From Malacoraja senta (taxonomy: Eukaryota): a stretch of 64,000 bases of DNA. The stretch covers positions 61,876,001 through 61,940,000 of the forward strand of contig CM075977.1 in NCBI GenBank assembly GCA_038087875.1, in the 5' to 3' direction. This document shows, piece by piece, positions 49,255 through 63,271 of the stretch. A model generated the notes under the pieces. That model did not search any database. It was not told where the DNA came from and saw only the letters and a list, made by a program, of their open reading frames with translations. The number at the start of each line of letters is the position of its first letter. Positions within the stretch are counted from its first letter, which is position 1. The position numbers were made by a program, and so were the translations under genes.

Positions 49255-52200
49255 AGCATGTGGGGCGATGCTTGCAACCGTGGCCCTGTCCAGTCGCCGT
49301 TGTGGCAGCTCCGCGGAAACTGTGCGTATTTTTAACTTGCATGTTCTTTTTTAACTTATTTCTAAGTACCAACTCCCTAGCACTAACAAAGTATGACAGG
49401 GCAACTCTCTTAAACCTAAGGTCTAGCGAAAACGGAGACTTTTTAAACGTGTACTCACCGATCCAGCATGGCCAGCAGAGATCAACAGAGAGCGCCGGCG
49501 GCAACAACAATGGGAGCGCGGCTCCAAGGAAAACCCGGAGAAAATAATCGGGGTAAGCGGGGGAGATTCGGAATAGGCTGAGAGCCCAAGCCTTTCGCCC
49601 TCCTCTGCCCAGCATTCTTCTGCCGAACGTCCAGTCCCTGGAAAAACAAGCTGGATGACCTCAGGGCAAGGGTCAGATTCCAGCGGGACATAAGTGATTG
49701 CAACATCCTCTGCCTGACCGAAACATGGCTGACCTCGCTGATTCCGGATCAGGTAATCTGCCCAACCAAGTCCTTCACTGTCTACCGTGCTGATAGAACA
49801 GAAGAATCTGGGAAATCCAAGGGTGGAGGAGTCTGCTTCATAACCAATAACAACTGGTGCAACCCTGGAAATATCAAGATGCTTTCCCGTTCCTGCTCGC
49901 CGGACCTGGAAACATCTGACGATCTCATGCCGCCCATTCTACCTTCCCCTCGGCTCAGTGATCGTCGCAGCCGTCTACATACCACAGCAAGCGGACACTG
50001 ACGTGGCACTATCGGCCCTACACCATGTGCTATGTCGACATCAAAACAAGAACCCGGATGCGGCTGTGGTGGTGGCTGGAGATTTTAATAAATCAAATCA
50101 CAAGAAGGTCATGCTGAACTTCTACCAACACATCACGTGTGCCACCAGGGGGAAAGAACATTGGACCACTGCTATACGCCGTTCCGGAAGGGCTACAAGG
50201 CCGTTTCACCTCCCTCCCTTCGGAAAATCTGACCACGCTGCCATTTTCCTGCTGCCGGAGTATAAACAGAGGATAGTTTGGGAAGCGGCAGTGACGAGGG
50301 ACGTAAAGCGGTGGACCGACCAGTCAGAGGCCATGCTGCAAGATGCACTGACAGATGTCGACTGGAATATGTTCCAAGCAAGTTCCAGTGACATCAGTGA
50401 GTTCGCGGAAGCAATCACGGACTTCATCGCAACAATAGCCGATAACATCGTCCCCAAGGGTTAGCACCTTTCTGAATCAAAACCCTGGGTGGACAGGTCC
50501 GTTCGTGTTGCCTTGAATGCTCGCACCACTGCCTACAACTCTGGCCTGGCATCCGGAAATATTGACGTCTACAAGGTAGAGTCCTACCAACTGCGAAGGC
50601 GGTGAAGGACGCAAAGAGGAGGTATATGGACAAGATGGAGTCACAGATGGAGCAGCAGGACACCTGACGCCTTTGGCAGGGGCTACGGACTGTAACCAAC
50701 TACCGGAGCAGCCCCCCCTCAACCGGAAGTGCCAGCACCTCCCTAGCTGATGACCTGAACTCTTTCTACGCTCATTTTGAGACGGGCAACATCACCCCAG
50801 GTTTGCGGCTATCGACAACACCACCAGCGTGCTGGCTAGCAAAGCTGGAGGGAGTTCCATCGCTGGAGATGTGCACACATTCTCATTGTCAGAGAATGAC
50901 GTGAGGAGGGCTCTGACCACATGTGAACATGAGGAAAGCTGTAGGCCCAGATGGCATCTCAGGGCTAGTTCTTAAGTCTTGTGCTACGCAGCTAGCTCCG
51001 GTGCTCACTACAATATTCAACCTCTCCCTGGCCAAGTCCGTGGTCCCTGCCTGCTTCAAAAGATCCATCATTGTACCTGTACCAAAAAAATGCCTCCCCA
51101 GCTTGTCTGAATGACTACCGTACGGTGGCCCTCACCTCGGTGGTCATGAAATGCTTTGAGAAGTTGGTCAAGAAACACATCTGCGCCTTCCTCCCTCGCA
51201 ACATGGACCCGCTACAATTCGCATACAATCCGAACAGATCCATGGATGATGCGGTCTCCCAGGTTCTGCACACCGCTCTCTCACACCTTGACAGCCAGAA
51301 GGGGGCTATGTGAGGATGCTGTTCATAGACTTCAGTTCAGCCTTCAACGCGATAGTCCCCACCAGACTTGCGGAGAAGCTGCTGGAATTGGGGCTGAACA
51401 CCCCCCTGTGTGCCTGGGTCCTGGACTTTCTCACCACCAGGCCCCAGGTAGTCAAGATGGGAGGAAATACATCGAAGTCCCTCACCCTGAGCACAGGATC
51501 CCCCCAGGGTTGCGTCCTCAGCCCCCTACTGTACTCCCTGTACACACATGACTGTGTGGCTAGGTTCAGCTCCAACTCTATAATCAAGTTTGCTGATGAC
51601 ACTGTGGTGGTGGGGCCTGATCTCCGATAACGATGAGAAGGCCTACCGGGAGGAGGTGGCTGATCTGGCACTCTGGTGTCAGGACAACAGCCTGTTCTTG
51701 AATGTCAAAAAAAACAAGGAGCTGATCGTGGGCTTTAGGAGGGCACAACATCCGAGGACGTACACACCACTGATGATAAATGGGATACTGTGGATAGGGT
51801 GAGCTGCTTTAAATACCTGGGAGTCCACATCTCAGAGGATCTGACATGGACATCACACGCTGCCGCACTGGTGAGTAAGGCAAGGCAGCGCCTTTACCAC
51901 CTCAGGCAATTGCGGAAATTCAGAGTGTCTCTGAGGATCCTCCAGTGCTTCTACTCAGCAGCTGTGGAAAGCATCTTGGCTGGAAAACATCACAATTTGG
52001 ACTGGGAACTGCTCTGCCCAGGACAAAAAGGCTCTGCAGATGGGAACTAAACTCGCCCCCCCTGCAGGAACTATACATTAGAAGTTGCAAATCCAGTGCA
52101 ACCACAAGCCTCCATGAGTATACGGACACTGTAATCATCATATGTCAGCTTTTGCGAGGACAGTTGCATTCCAACTAAGACCCGGACATGGTTCAACAAC

Positions 52201-54753
52201 AACAAGCCCTGGTTCACTGCAGAACTCAGACAGCTCCGACGTCTAAAGAGGAGGCCTACAGGAGCGGGGATGCAGACCTTCCTACAGGCAGGCCAAGTAC
52301 AAGTTGAGAAGAGGAATCAGAGCTGCCAAGGAAAGGTACTCTGAGAAGTTGAGGAGCAAGTTCTCAGCTAGCGACTCTTCTTCAGTTTTGGAAGGGCTTG
52401 CAAGAAATTACCAGCTACAAGAGGAAAGCCCCCCGCTCTTTGGACAATCGTCAGCTGACCAACGATCTGAATGAGTTTTACTTCAGGTTTAAAAATCAGA
52501 TACGTAACCCTGGTACCCCCTCCCTCCCTCCCCAACCAACACAGTCAGACCCCAGTCTACAAAGAATGGACTCTGCATCCTCTCCTTCCCATTCACCACT
52601 TCACACCTACTTAAGCAAGACTCCAGTATGAAAAGACTGGACCATTTCCCACCCCAACCAACACTTCACACCCACTCACAGCCTGACCTCAGTCTGCAAA
52701 GACTGGGCCCTTCTACACCCACCCCCCTCCAATCACCACTTCATACCCAATCACCCACACCCTCTGTGCTGCACAACATAACATCCAATGTCAACAATAA
52801 AAATAGAGGAGGTGGAGAAGCTTTTCAGAGGACAAAAGAGCCGGAAATCTCCAGGACCTGACAATGTTTCCCCCTCTACTCTTAAGCTCTGTGCCAAACA
52901 GCTGGCACCGGTCTATACAGATATTTTTAACCAGTCCCTGCAAACATGTATTGTCCCTGCCTGCTTCAAAGTCTCCAATATTGACCCTGTACCCCAAAAG
53001 GCAAGGATTACTTGTCTTAATGACTACAGGCCTATCGCACTGACCTCTGTAGTCATGAAGACACTCGAAAGGCTTGTGCGCTGGCCAAGCTGAAAAATAT
53101 CACAAACTCCCTGCTGGACCCTCTGCAGTTTGCATATCGGGCCAATAGATCTGTGGATGATGCAGTCAACCTGGGCCTGCACTTCATCCTACAGCACCTA
53201 GACCACCAGGGGACCTATGCGAGGATCCTGTTTGTTGATTTTAGCTCTGCATTTAACACCATTGTGCCAGAGCTACTACACTTCAAACCTTCCGAGTTGA
53301 CTGTGCCTGAACCCCTCTGTCAGTGGATCACCAACTTCCTGACAGACAGGAAGCAGCATGTGAGGCTGGGAAAGCACATCTCGGACCCGCAAACGCTCAG
53401 CATAGCAGCACCGCAAGGCTGCGTACGCTCTCCTCTCCTCTACTCTCTCTACACCAACGACTGCACCTCCACAGACACCTCTGTCAAGCTTCTCAAGTTT
53501 GCGGATGACACAACCCTGATTGGACTGATCCAGGATGGGGAGGAATCTGCCTATAGACAGGAAGTGTCACAGCTGGCGTCCTGGAGCCGTAGCAACAACC
53601 TAGAGCTCAATGCTCTTAACACAGTGGAATTGATTGTAGGCTTTAGGAGAGCTCCCCCTCCGCTCACCCCACTCACCATCAACAACACCACAGTCACATC
53701 TGTGGAGTCTTTTAAGTTCCTGGGAACCATCAGCTCCAAGGACCTTAAGTGGGGGGCCACCATCGACTCCACAGTCAAAAAGGCACAACCGAGGATGTAC
53801 TTCCTGCGGCAGCTGAGGAAGCATAATCTGCCACAGGCAATGATGGTCCAATTCTACATCGCCATCGTAGAGTCAGTTCTCACCTTCTCCATCATGGTCT
53901 GGTTTGGCTCAGCCACCAAGCACGACACCTGGAGGCTGCAGCGAATCGTCCGATCAGCAGAGAAGATTATTGGCTGCAACCTCCCCTCCATTGATGAACT
54001 GTACACTGCAAGGGCCAGGAAGCGAGCGGGCAAGATCATCTCTGACCCCTCTCACCCTGGCCACAAACTCTTTGAATCACTTCCCTCCGGAAGGCGACTC
54101 CGGACTTTCAAAGCTGGCACAGCCAGACATAAAAACAGTTTTTATCCACGAGTAGTTGCTCTACTCAACAGCCAAAAATCTGTAGCCTCCCTTTGATCTG
54201 GTATTTTGTTGGTTCACATGCTTGATCAATGGTGTTTTATCATTGATGTCTTATTATTATTAATGTTTCGTGTTTTCTGAGTCATTCGTAACTGTCACTG
54301 TATGTCATGTTGTCACTTGTGGGCGGGGCACCAAGGCAAATTCCTTGTATGTGAATACTTGGCCAATAAACTTACTTACTTACTTACTTACAACAGGATC
54401 ATGGGGGACCCCTTCCACCCCAGCAACAGACTGTTCCAGCAGCTACGGTCAGGAAAACGCCTCCCTTGCCATGCTGTGAAAACGGAGAGGATGAGAAGGA
54501 GCTTCTTCCCAGAGGCCATTAGGACAGTAAACTCCTATTTCACCAGGGACTAAACTACTGTACCAATTTACTGTTGTGTGGTGTATTTTTAAATTGCTTT
54601 TTCTTCTTTTTTTTTCTCTCCCCGCAAATATGTAATTACTGATTCTGTTCCATACTGTTTTGTAGTTTTTTTGCACAATCCGCAAGCATTGCCACTTTTC
54701 ATTTCACTGCACATCTCGTATGCGTATGTGACGAATAAACTTGACTTGACTTG
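49255..54753 (+). mobile_element. Near full-length Rex1/Babar LINE (APE endonuclease + RT, frameshifted), split by a second Rex1 element
   Basis: NVQSL, LTETWL, VYIP, AGDFN, GKSDH (APE); [30 protein letters not shown] (RT). The C-terminus resumes at 54391 (RIMGDPFHP...SFFP). Tail AATAAA(CTTGA)n. Confidence 0.9.
52103..54390 (+). mobile_element. Nested 5'-truncated Rex1/Babar LINE
   Basis: ORF 53153-54196 (347 aa; LFVDFSSAFNT, KFADDTT, KKAQPRMYFLR) and its own tail AATAAA(CTTA)n. CAAC on both flanks. Confidence 0.9.
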
Positions 54754-54884
54754 AAGCAATTCTTGTGTGAGACCTGTGATGGATTTGCAAATGAGATGAG
54801 CCACAACATTCTGAAGTAAACAGCTCTTTTGGCAGGTGCAACCTCTTTTCATTGGCATAAATATAGCAGAATTAGTTCAGTATA

Positions 54885-55150
54885 GTTCCAGCCAACTGTG
54901 TCCATGCTGTCCATCCGTTCACATTAGTTCTATGTTATCCCACTTTCTCAACCATTCCCTACACACTAGGGGCAATTTGCGAAGTCAATTAAACTACAAA
55001 CTCGCACGTCTTTGGGACATGGGAAGAAACCGGAGCAGCCGGAGGAATCCACGCGGTCACTCCACACAGACAGTGGCCAAGGTGAGGATCGAACCCGGGT
55101 CTCTGGCGCTGTGGGGTTGCAGCTCTACCAGCAAAGCCACTGCGCTACCC
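54885..55150 (-). mobile_element. tRNA-derived SINE
   Basis: Reverse complement of the B-box (GGATCGAACC) and SINE core. Confidence 0.75.
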
Positions 55151-57291
55151 ATTTATGGTTGGAATTTCAGGGCGCATAGTTTAATAACATAGGTCACAGG
55201 TACAGTAGATTAGTGCTTATGATACTCAGGGGTCTAGGACTAATATGGTTCTGCAAATATGACAGATGGAAAAAAAAATATTTAGTCAGTTTCACTCATC
55301 TGCAATCCCTTCTGGATCACAGTGTAACATTACCCAGTTTATCCAAAAGCCTTATGATCTCCAGGGAGAATCAAAGAAATGCAGGTCAGGGTTAAATGCT
55401 GAAACCCTAGTATTAATTGCTTTAAGTGTTTGTGGAAATAAATTCTCACTAACATTTTAGACAATTAAAATGTCCAGAACTTTGTATAGACTTTTAATTA
55501 CTTTATAGAATATCCACCTTTTAAAATAAATGATCTTTGTCATGGACGGTTTTGTTGTAAGCAACTCAAGTGCACGGTGAGAACCCTCATACATCTGTTT
55601 TTATCGAAGGGACATTATGAAATGTCTGCAAATTAGCATCGGTGCATAAATATAGAAGAAATCAGTTCTCATAAATTAAGGAACATGGAACCTTTCCAGA
55701 ATGACATTTCAGCCATGGCAAAACTGTTCTGATTTTTAATGAACCTCAAAAATGATTTTGAAATAGCCATCACTACAATTTCAGAAACATCTGCACCTTG
55801 AACAGCTGTAAAAATGTAAGCCCCAGTCTACTTTCTCATTCAGCCTTATAAGCTTGTAGTTTGTGATTTATCATTTCAAATGCCTCACTATGGAATTTAA
55901 ACTGTTGTCATTAGGAGCTTTTCAAGCAAAAGAACTGGGTATTTGCCACTGTCATCAATATTTATAAACCCTCAGGATTGATAAAACAATTATCCACAAT
56001 CACACTGTAGACTTCAGATCTAGGTCAAAAATCTGAGGTGACCCAGGCAACATTGGCTTGATTGGATTTAATCAAAACTAGGCATTCGCATTCAAAGCTG
56101 AGCCCTGGCACTTGAGGATGAAATGTGGTGGTAATGGTCTATTTTTAGCTACTCAGCTTCTTCCAAATGATTACATCACCACTAGCAGTACACTGCAGTC
56201 ACAATACGGAAACAGCACAAAGAACAAGAGGTACCGCTGCAGATGTGCTGAATAAATGGGTGGGGGTTAGAAATTTGCCATGCGTTATGGCAGTGCGGTA
56301 TAATGTAAAACATTCCTATAAAGCTTGGGATTATGGTTTTGTTGCACCAAAGCAAACTTGCCCTCTGTTATAAGTGGAGAATTTTAAATCAATGTCAGTA
56401 TACAAAATAAACTGCAAATCTTGTTCATTTTTGCTTTTGCAGACAAAGATGATGGTTCTCAGAGGGGAGTCCAGCAGATTAGTGACAGGGCAAGGAAAGG
56501 GGCAGCTGGATATAGTTGGTAATGAATTTCATTGCTAATCCTTGATCAACTTGAGATGGGAGATGAAAGGATCACTTTGTGTCCAAACATAATCCTGATG
56601 GTTTCAGTTTGCACGTATAATAATATGGCATTGATTATGCTCTTGATTCACCTGCAATATAAATCTTTTCCGCTTCATTATACCTCACGGCGTGTGTGAC
56701 AAAGATGTATTTTGACACACAACAGAAGACAAGGGCCAGGATTTAGTAAATAAATCAGACATATTTTGGATAAAGATAAAGACAACTAAAATTCAAGTAT
56801 TGCAAGGTAGTGTTTATCTTATTTCTGTAGTTACCCTTCACCGGAAAAGAATGAGAATAAGGCCAGTTTCCCAAGGATAGATTTGAGAACTGCAAGGAAG
56901 TTTTAACATGCATGGCAAGAAGTTGTTACTGAACAGGAGATTTAAAAAGGAAGTTATTCCATTTTTTGCTTCCATAATTTTTCATGAGAATGAGGAAAAA
57001 ATCTCCTCCCTCCTCAGTTACAAGCAAAAGGAGGATTACCACGCCATCTTAGGGGTAACAGCTCTGATATATTTAAGTGGTATAGATAAAGTGGAATAAA
57101 GGAAAATGGAAGAAGGTGGCGATGTCTGATTAATATCAATGCTGGAGTGGAATTTTTTGCTTCTATAATTTTGGAAATATAGTTCCAAACTAGCACAAAT
57201 GGTCTGATTCTGTGTTGTTATTACAACATAATTTTATATACCACAGTCATGGAAAACTTGGGTTTTAATCACATTTTCAGCATATGGATCA

Positions 57292-57561
<270 letters not shown>

Positions 57562-57799
57562 CTAATAGTGAATCCATGATATAATGGACCATAAGGGATG
57601 GGGGGGGAATGGTGTCTGTTATTATCGATGTCCGCTTTACTGAGCAAGGTATTATCCTTGTATATGTAGAAGAAACAAAGAACTGTTGTGTCACCCTTCT
57701 TCAGACTCTCGGTCTGGAAGCGGGCCTGTAATCCAGGTGAGTTGAGGCAAAGAGTGGTGGAAGCACTGCCGGCCAGAGTGCAGGTAATGGTCGGCGGTG

Positions 57800-58470
57800 G
57801 CGGTGACGACAGGGGCGGCCTGGAAGCTGCAGGCCAGTGGTGGAGTTTTTTTGCAGCTCGGTCTGGAAGCAGCCGGAGAGATGGTGGCTGAAAGCGGCTG
57901 GGAAGGTGGTGTGGGCCGGGATGTTGTCAGCAGCCCGGGTTGGAAATGGTTGGGGAGGAGGAGTGGGATGGGGTGGTGTCAGCAGCCAGGCCTGGAAGCG
58001 GCTGGGAAGGTGATGCGGACCTGGGGTAGTGTCGGCAGTCCAGGTTGGAAGTGGTTGGGAAGGTGATGCGGACCTGGGATGTTGTCGGCAGTCCGGGTTA
58101 GAAGTGATCGGGGTGGTGGTGTGGGCCAGGGTGGAGTTGGCAGTCCGGGTTAGAAGTGATCGGGGTGGTGGTGTGGGCCAGGGTGGAGTTGGCAGTCCGG
58201 GTTAGAAGTGATCGGGGTGGTGGTGTGGGCCAGGGTGGAGTTGGCAGTCTGGGTTGGTAGTGATCGGGTGGTGGTGTGGGCCAGGGTGGAGTTGGCAGTC
58301 TGGGTTGGTAGTGATCGGGTGGTGGTGTGGGCCAGGGTGGAGTTGGCAGTCTGGGTTGGTAGTGGTAGAGGAGGTGGTGAGAGCCAGGGTGGTGTAGGCA
58401 GCCCGGGTTGAAAGTGGTTGGGGAGGTGGTGTGGGCCGGGGTGGTGGTGTCGGCAGCCCGGCCTTGAAGT
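57800..58470. repeat. G-rich 51-52 bp minisatellite (near-perfect units 58098-58360), resuming at about 60077-60225
   Basis: Repeats of GGTTAGAAGTGATCGGGGTGGTGGTGTGGGCCAGGGTGGAGTTGGCAGTCCG and a 51-bp variant. Confidence 0.85.
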
Positions 58471-58471
58471 A

Positions 58472-60076
58472 TGGAAACATAAAAACATAGTAAAATAGGT
58501 GCAGGAGTAGACCATTCAGCCCTTCGAGCCAGCACCACCATTCAATATGATCATGGCTGATGATCTAAAATCAGTTCCCCGTTCCTGCTTTTTCCCCATA
58601 TCCCTTGATTCCTTTAGCCCTAAGAGCTAAATCTAACTCTCTCTTGAAAACATACAGTGAATTGGCCTCCACTGCCTTCTGTGGCAGAGAATTCCACAGA
58701 TTCACAACTCTCTGGGTGAAGAGGTTTTTCCTCATCTCAGTCCTAAATGGCCTACCCCTTATTCTTAAACGTAACTCCTGGTTCTGGACTCCCCCAACAT
58801 CGGGAACATTTTTCCTGCATCTAGCCTGTCCAATCCTTTAATAATTTTATATGTTTCTATAAGATACCCTCTCATCCTTCTAAATCCCAGTGAATATAAG
58901 CCCAGTCAACCCATTCTTTCATCATGCGTCATCCCGGGAATTAACCTCGTGAACCTACGCTGCACTCTCTCAATAGCAAGAATATCCTTCCTCAAATTAG
59001 GAGACCAAAATTGCACACAATACTCCAGGTGTGGTCTCACCAGGGCACCTGTACAACTACAGTACGACCTCCTTACTCCTAAACTCAAATCCTCTCGCAA
59101 TGAAGGCCAACATGCCATTAGCTTTCTTCACTGCCTGCTATACCTGCATGCCTACTTTCAGTGACTGATGTACAAGCACACCCAGGTCTCATTGCACCTC
59201 CCCTTTTCCTAATCTGACACCATTCAGATAAGAATCTGCCCTCTTGTTCTTGCCACCAAAGTGGATAACCTCACATTTATCTACATTATACTGCATCTGC
59301 CATGCATCTGCCCACGCACCCAACCTATCCAAGTCACCCTGCAGCCTCATAGCATCCTCATCGCAGCTCACACTGCCACCCAGCTTTGTGTCATCCGCAA
59401 ACTTGGAGACATCACATTTAATTCCCTCGTCTAAATTGTTACTATATATTGTAAACAACTGGGGTCCCAGCACCGAGCCTTGCAGCACTCCACTAGTCAC
59501 TGCCTGCCATTCTGAAAAGGACCCGTTAATTCCTACTCTTTGCTTCCTGTCTGCCAACCAGTTCTCTATCCATGTCAATACCCTACCCCCAATACTATGT
59601 GCTCTAATTTTGCACACTAATCTCTTGTGTGGGACCTTGTCAAAGGCTTTCTGATAGTCCAGATACACCACATCCACTGGCTCTCCCTTATCCATTCTAC
59701 TTGTTACATCCTCAAAATATTCCAGAAGATTAGTCAAGCATTATTTCCCCTTCATAAATCTATGCTGACTGACCGATCCTGTAACTGCTTTCCAAATGCG
59801 CTGCTATAACATCTTTAACAATCGACTCAAGCATCTTCCCCACTACCGATGTAAGGCTAACTGGTCTATAAATCCCCATTTTCTCTCTCCCTCCTTTCTT
59901 AAGAAGTAAGGTTACATTGGCTACCCTCCAGTCCACAGGAACTGATCCAGAGTCGATAGAACATTAAAAAATTATCACCAATGCATCCACGATTTCTAGG
60001 GCCACCTCCTGAGTACTCTGAAATGCAGACCATCAGGCCCTGGGGATTTATCTATCTTCAGTCCCGACAGTTTACC
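58472..60076 (-). mobile_element. CR1 LINE 3' portion (RT)
   Basis: ORF 59189-59737: VDVVYLDYQKAFDKVPH, QGSVLGPQLF, KFADDTKLGG. Confidence 0.93.
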
Positions 60077-62009
60077 TAAGGAAGCGGGCGGGAAGGTGGT
60101 GTGGGCCGTGGGGGAGTCGACAGTTTGGGTTGGAAGTGGTTGGGGAGCCAGTGCGGGCCTGGGGTAGTGTTGGCACCCAGGCCTGGAAGTGGTTGGGGAG
60201 GTGGTGTGGCAGCCCGGCCTGTCGGTGAATGTAAGTAGGTCTGTTGGCTAAAATCGATATCCGTTATAAAGAGGTCCATACAAACGAGGGTATATTGTAT
60301 ATATAATTATGTATGTGATAACAAGGAACTGCAGATGCTGGTTTATTCCAAAGATAGATTCAAAATGATTGAGTAACTCAGTGGGTCAGGAGCATTGATG
60401 TTGTCTGACCCACTGTGTTACTCCAGGATTTTGTGCCTAATTATGTATGTGCCTGAGGATGTGATTAAAAAAGAGGTGCCTCATGGACCCAAATGAAAGT
60501 GGATTCGACAAAGTGACATTAAATTGTAAATCTTTCGTTCTTTTTTGGTACAAAAAGGTTGTTGGTCAGAAAATAGCATCAGCCAAAAAAATGCAGATCA
60601 GAGTTTGATGAAGCAATTCAGATGAAAGGTCATTGACCTGAAAAGTTAGCTCTGCTTCTCTTTCCATTGATATTACCTGACCTGTTCATGATTTCCAGCA
60701 TTCTCTGTTTTTATTTTAAGCGGGTAAAGAAGAAGAAATTGGAGTAGGGCCATTTTTATATTTTTGTTTACAGGGATCGAATTGTTGTATGAAATAGGTG
60801 GAAAAAAATGTCCTCCTATTTGCAACTCCTTGACATTTTCTCTCCATGACAGTGCCTGGCAACAGGGGCACTGGGTTAACGCTGTGAACAGGATGCTATG
60901 GATTTCAATGGGCAGGCTCTTTCTGCTGCTACATGGGGAAAGGAAGAGAGACATCCATTCAAGCTCTAACTGGCAACTGCAGAACACTTGCAGAAAGTAC
61001 AAGGGAACTGAAGTGAAGTGGACTCCAGCTTGGAAATTACTAGCATCACCTTCTTTTGGAAAATGTTTCCCTGGTCATCCTTGAATATACACGCCTGGAG
61101 TATCTATGGGAAATCAAGACCCAAATAACCGAAGGCCTTGTATAATACAGTTCCTATTCCAGCCTCCCTTTGTCATCCAGTCTTGCTTTGAAAGTAAACT
61201 GGTGTTTTCAGTTTTATCCCTTTTATATTATTGCAGGCAAAAGAGCAGTTGACAGCATTGTCAGTGATCACAACTCAGACAACAGCCAAATGCATTGTGT
61301 GCCTGTCCCACATTTCCAAGCCTCACTGCACACGTGAAACAGAGTAACTCACGGCGACATTATGCCAGCGATATTACTATGCAATTTCCCTTTGAAAATG
61401 AATCACTACGTGAACACATATTTTCAAAGGGAAATATTTTGAGGAAGCTAAATCATGTTGCTTAACCATCATACAGTTAAACATTTCTAAATTTGTTTAA
61501 GAAGCTTTCAAAAAAGTTGCAGGTAAAATGTTTGCAGGAACGTGAAAACAAATGGATAGTGAAAAAATTATCCAAAAAATGAGTGATGGATCTTTTCAAA
61601 TATTAAATCTCATCAAACTATGAGGTCAATCTCGATCTACTCAAGTATTATTTAGTCAGAAAAGAGGTGAAATTGCTGTTCATGCTGATTGATCATCTGT
61701 TCTTTAGCTCTGTGGCCAATACACATTAACCCTGTGCTGGCCTGGGAGAAAGCGATGGCACACTGTTGAAGGCAATGGTGATCTTGGCATATATCCCTAA
61801 GCAGATGGTATAGCTATACAAAAAACACTTGAGCTTACGGTGACTCCTCCTACAGGCAAGTACACTTGAGTCTATAAAAATAATCAGTAACCTTCTGGCA
61901 AATACAGGTTCTTGCTGTTGCCCTAGCATGGCTTGGTTCATCTTTAGGTTTAGGTTTTAGGTTTGAATAATTCCTAGCTGCTCTCCCTAAAAAAAACACG
62001 TCTTGGATT

Positions 62010-62675
62010 AGGACTTTGGTTAGGCCGCATTTGGAGTATTGCGTGCAGTTCTGGTCACCCATTTATCTGAAGGATGTGGAGGCTTTGGAAATGGTACAGA
62101 TGAGTTTTACCAGAATGATGCCTGGCTTAGGATGTATTAGCTACAGGGAGAGGTTGGACAGGCTTGGATTGTTTACTCTGGAATATCGCAGGTTGCGAGA
62201 CGAGCTAGAAGTATATAAAATTATAATTGGCAAAGATAGGGTAGACAGTCAGAATATTTTATCCCAGGATGGAAAAATCAAATACTAGAGGGAATAGCTT
62301 AAAGGTGAGAGGAGCATAATTTAAAGGAGATGTGCAGGGCAAGATTTTACCCAGAGGGTGGTGAATCCTGGAACGCGCTGCCTGAAGTGGTCGTTGAGGC
62401 AGATACGTTAGTGGCATTTAAAAGGTTTTTAGATAGGCATATGGATATGCAGGAAATTGAGGAATATGTATTTGAAGGTAGTTTTCTTCTCCCCTCCCAC
62501 AATCAGTCTGAAGAAGGGTTGAGACCCAAAATATCTATGTTCTCCAGAGATGCTGCCTAATCTGCTGAGTTACTCCAGCACTTTGTGTCCTTTTTGTAGA
62601 TGTTCTTGACATCATGTGCAGCAGAGACTTTGTGGATCGAAGGGCCTGTTTTTGCTCTTTACTGTTCTATCTTCT
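62010..62675 (+). mobile_element. CR1 3' fragment with an inserted hammerhead-motif unit (about 62480-62600)
   Basis: [14 protein letters not shown] motif; CTGAAGAAGGG at 62508. Confidence 0.8.
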
Positions 62676-63271
62676 ATCAGGAAGCCAGTTCAAAGAACAT
62701 ATGAATGATCCAAATGTGGAGCATGAATAGGCCATATGGACCCTTGAGCTTGCTCTGGCATTCAGTAACATCATGGGAGGGGAGATGCTGCTCTTGCAGA
62801 GCTGTTCGGAGTAACCTAAGTGCAGTCATGACCTTAGCAGCCTGTCTGTTCTGATTTCAGTAATACAACTGCAGTGGCTGGATACTAGGGTGTAATACGG
62901 AGCCTTAATACGGCTGCAGAAACCTTGAACAGACAGGTCAACTGAAAGTACTGCTGAATTTTAGAATCTTACATTTTCACATGGTCAGTTATTGATGAAT
63001 TAACAACAAATTTCAACATCAAATTAATACTGCAGGAAACTATTAAATGACAGTAATCTTCATTATATACTTAAGGATGATATCGCATACGAATGAGTTG
63101 GCATTGGTCTACTGTAGGAGGGAGACACCTACACTGCAAGCTGTATCCCTGGTAACCCTGCCATCTGTCTTGTAGGATAGCTTGCAAGTGCCAAGTAGTT
63201 GCTGGTGGGAGAGAGGAAACTGGTGTGAGATGATGGGACAGGAAGACGTGGATGATATTGGCTTGACTGAT

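Noticed and set aside
55400-57250. Repeat-poor AT-rich stretch next to the exon as a candidate conserved enhancer
   Set aside because: Cannot be supported without cross-species alignment.
58098-58541. ORFs with PRLPTPPWPTPPPDHYQ-type repeats resembling mucin/extensin
   Set aside because: Open in three frames because they translate a minisatellite; they also run into a CR1 tail.
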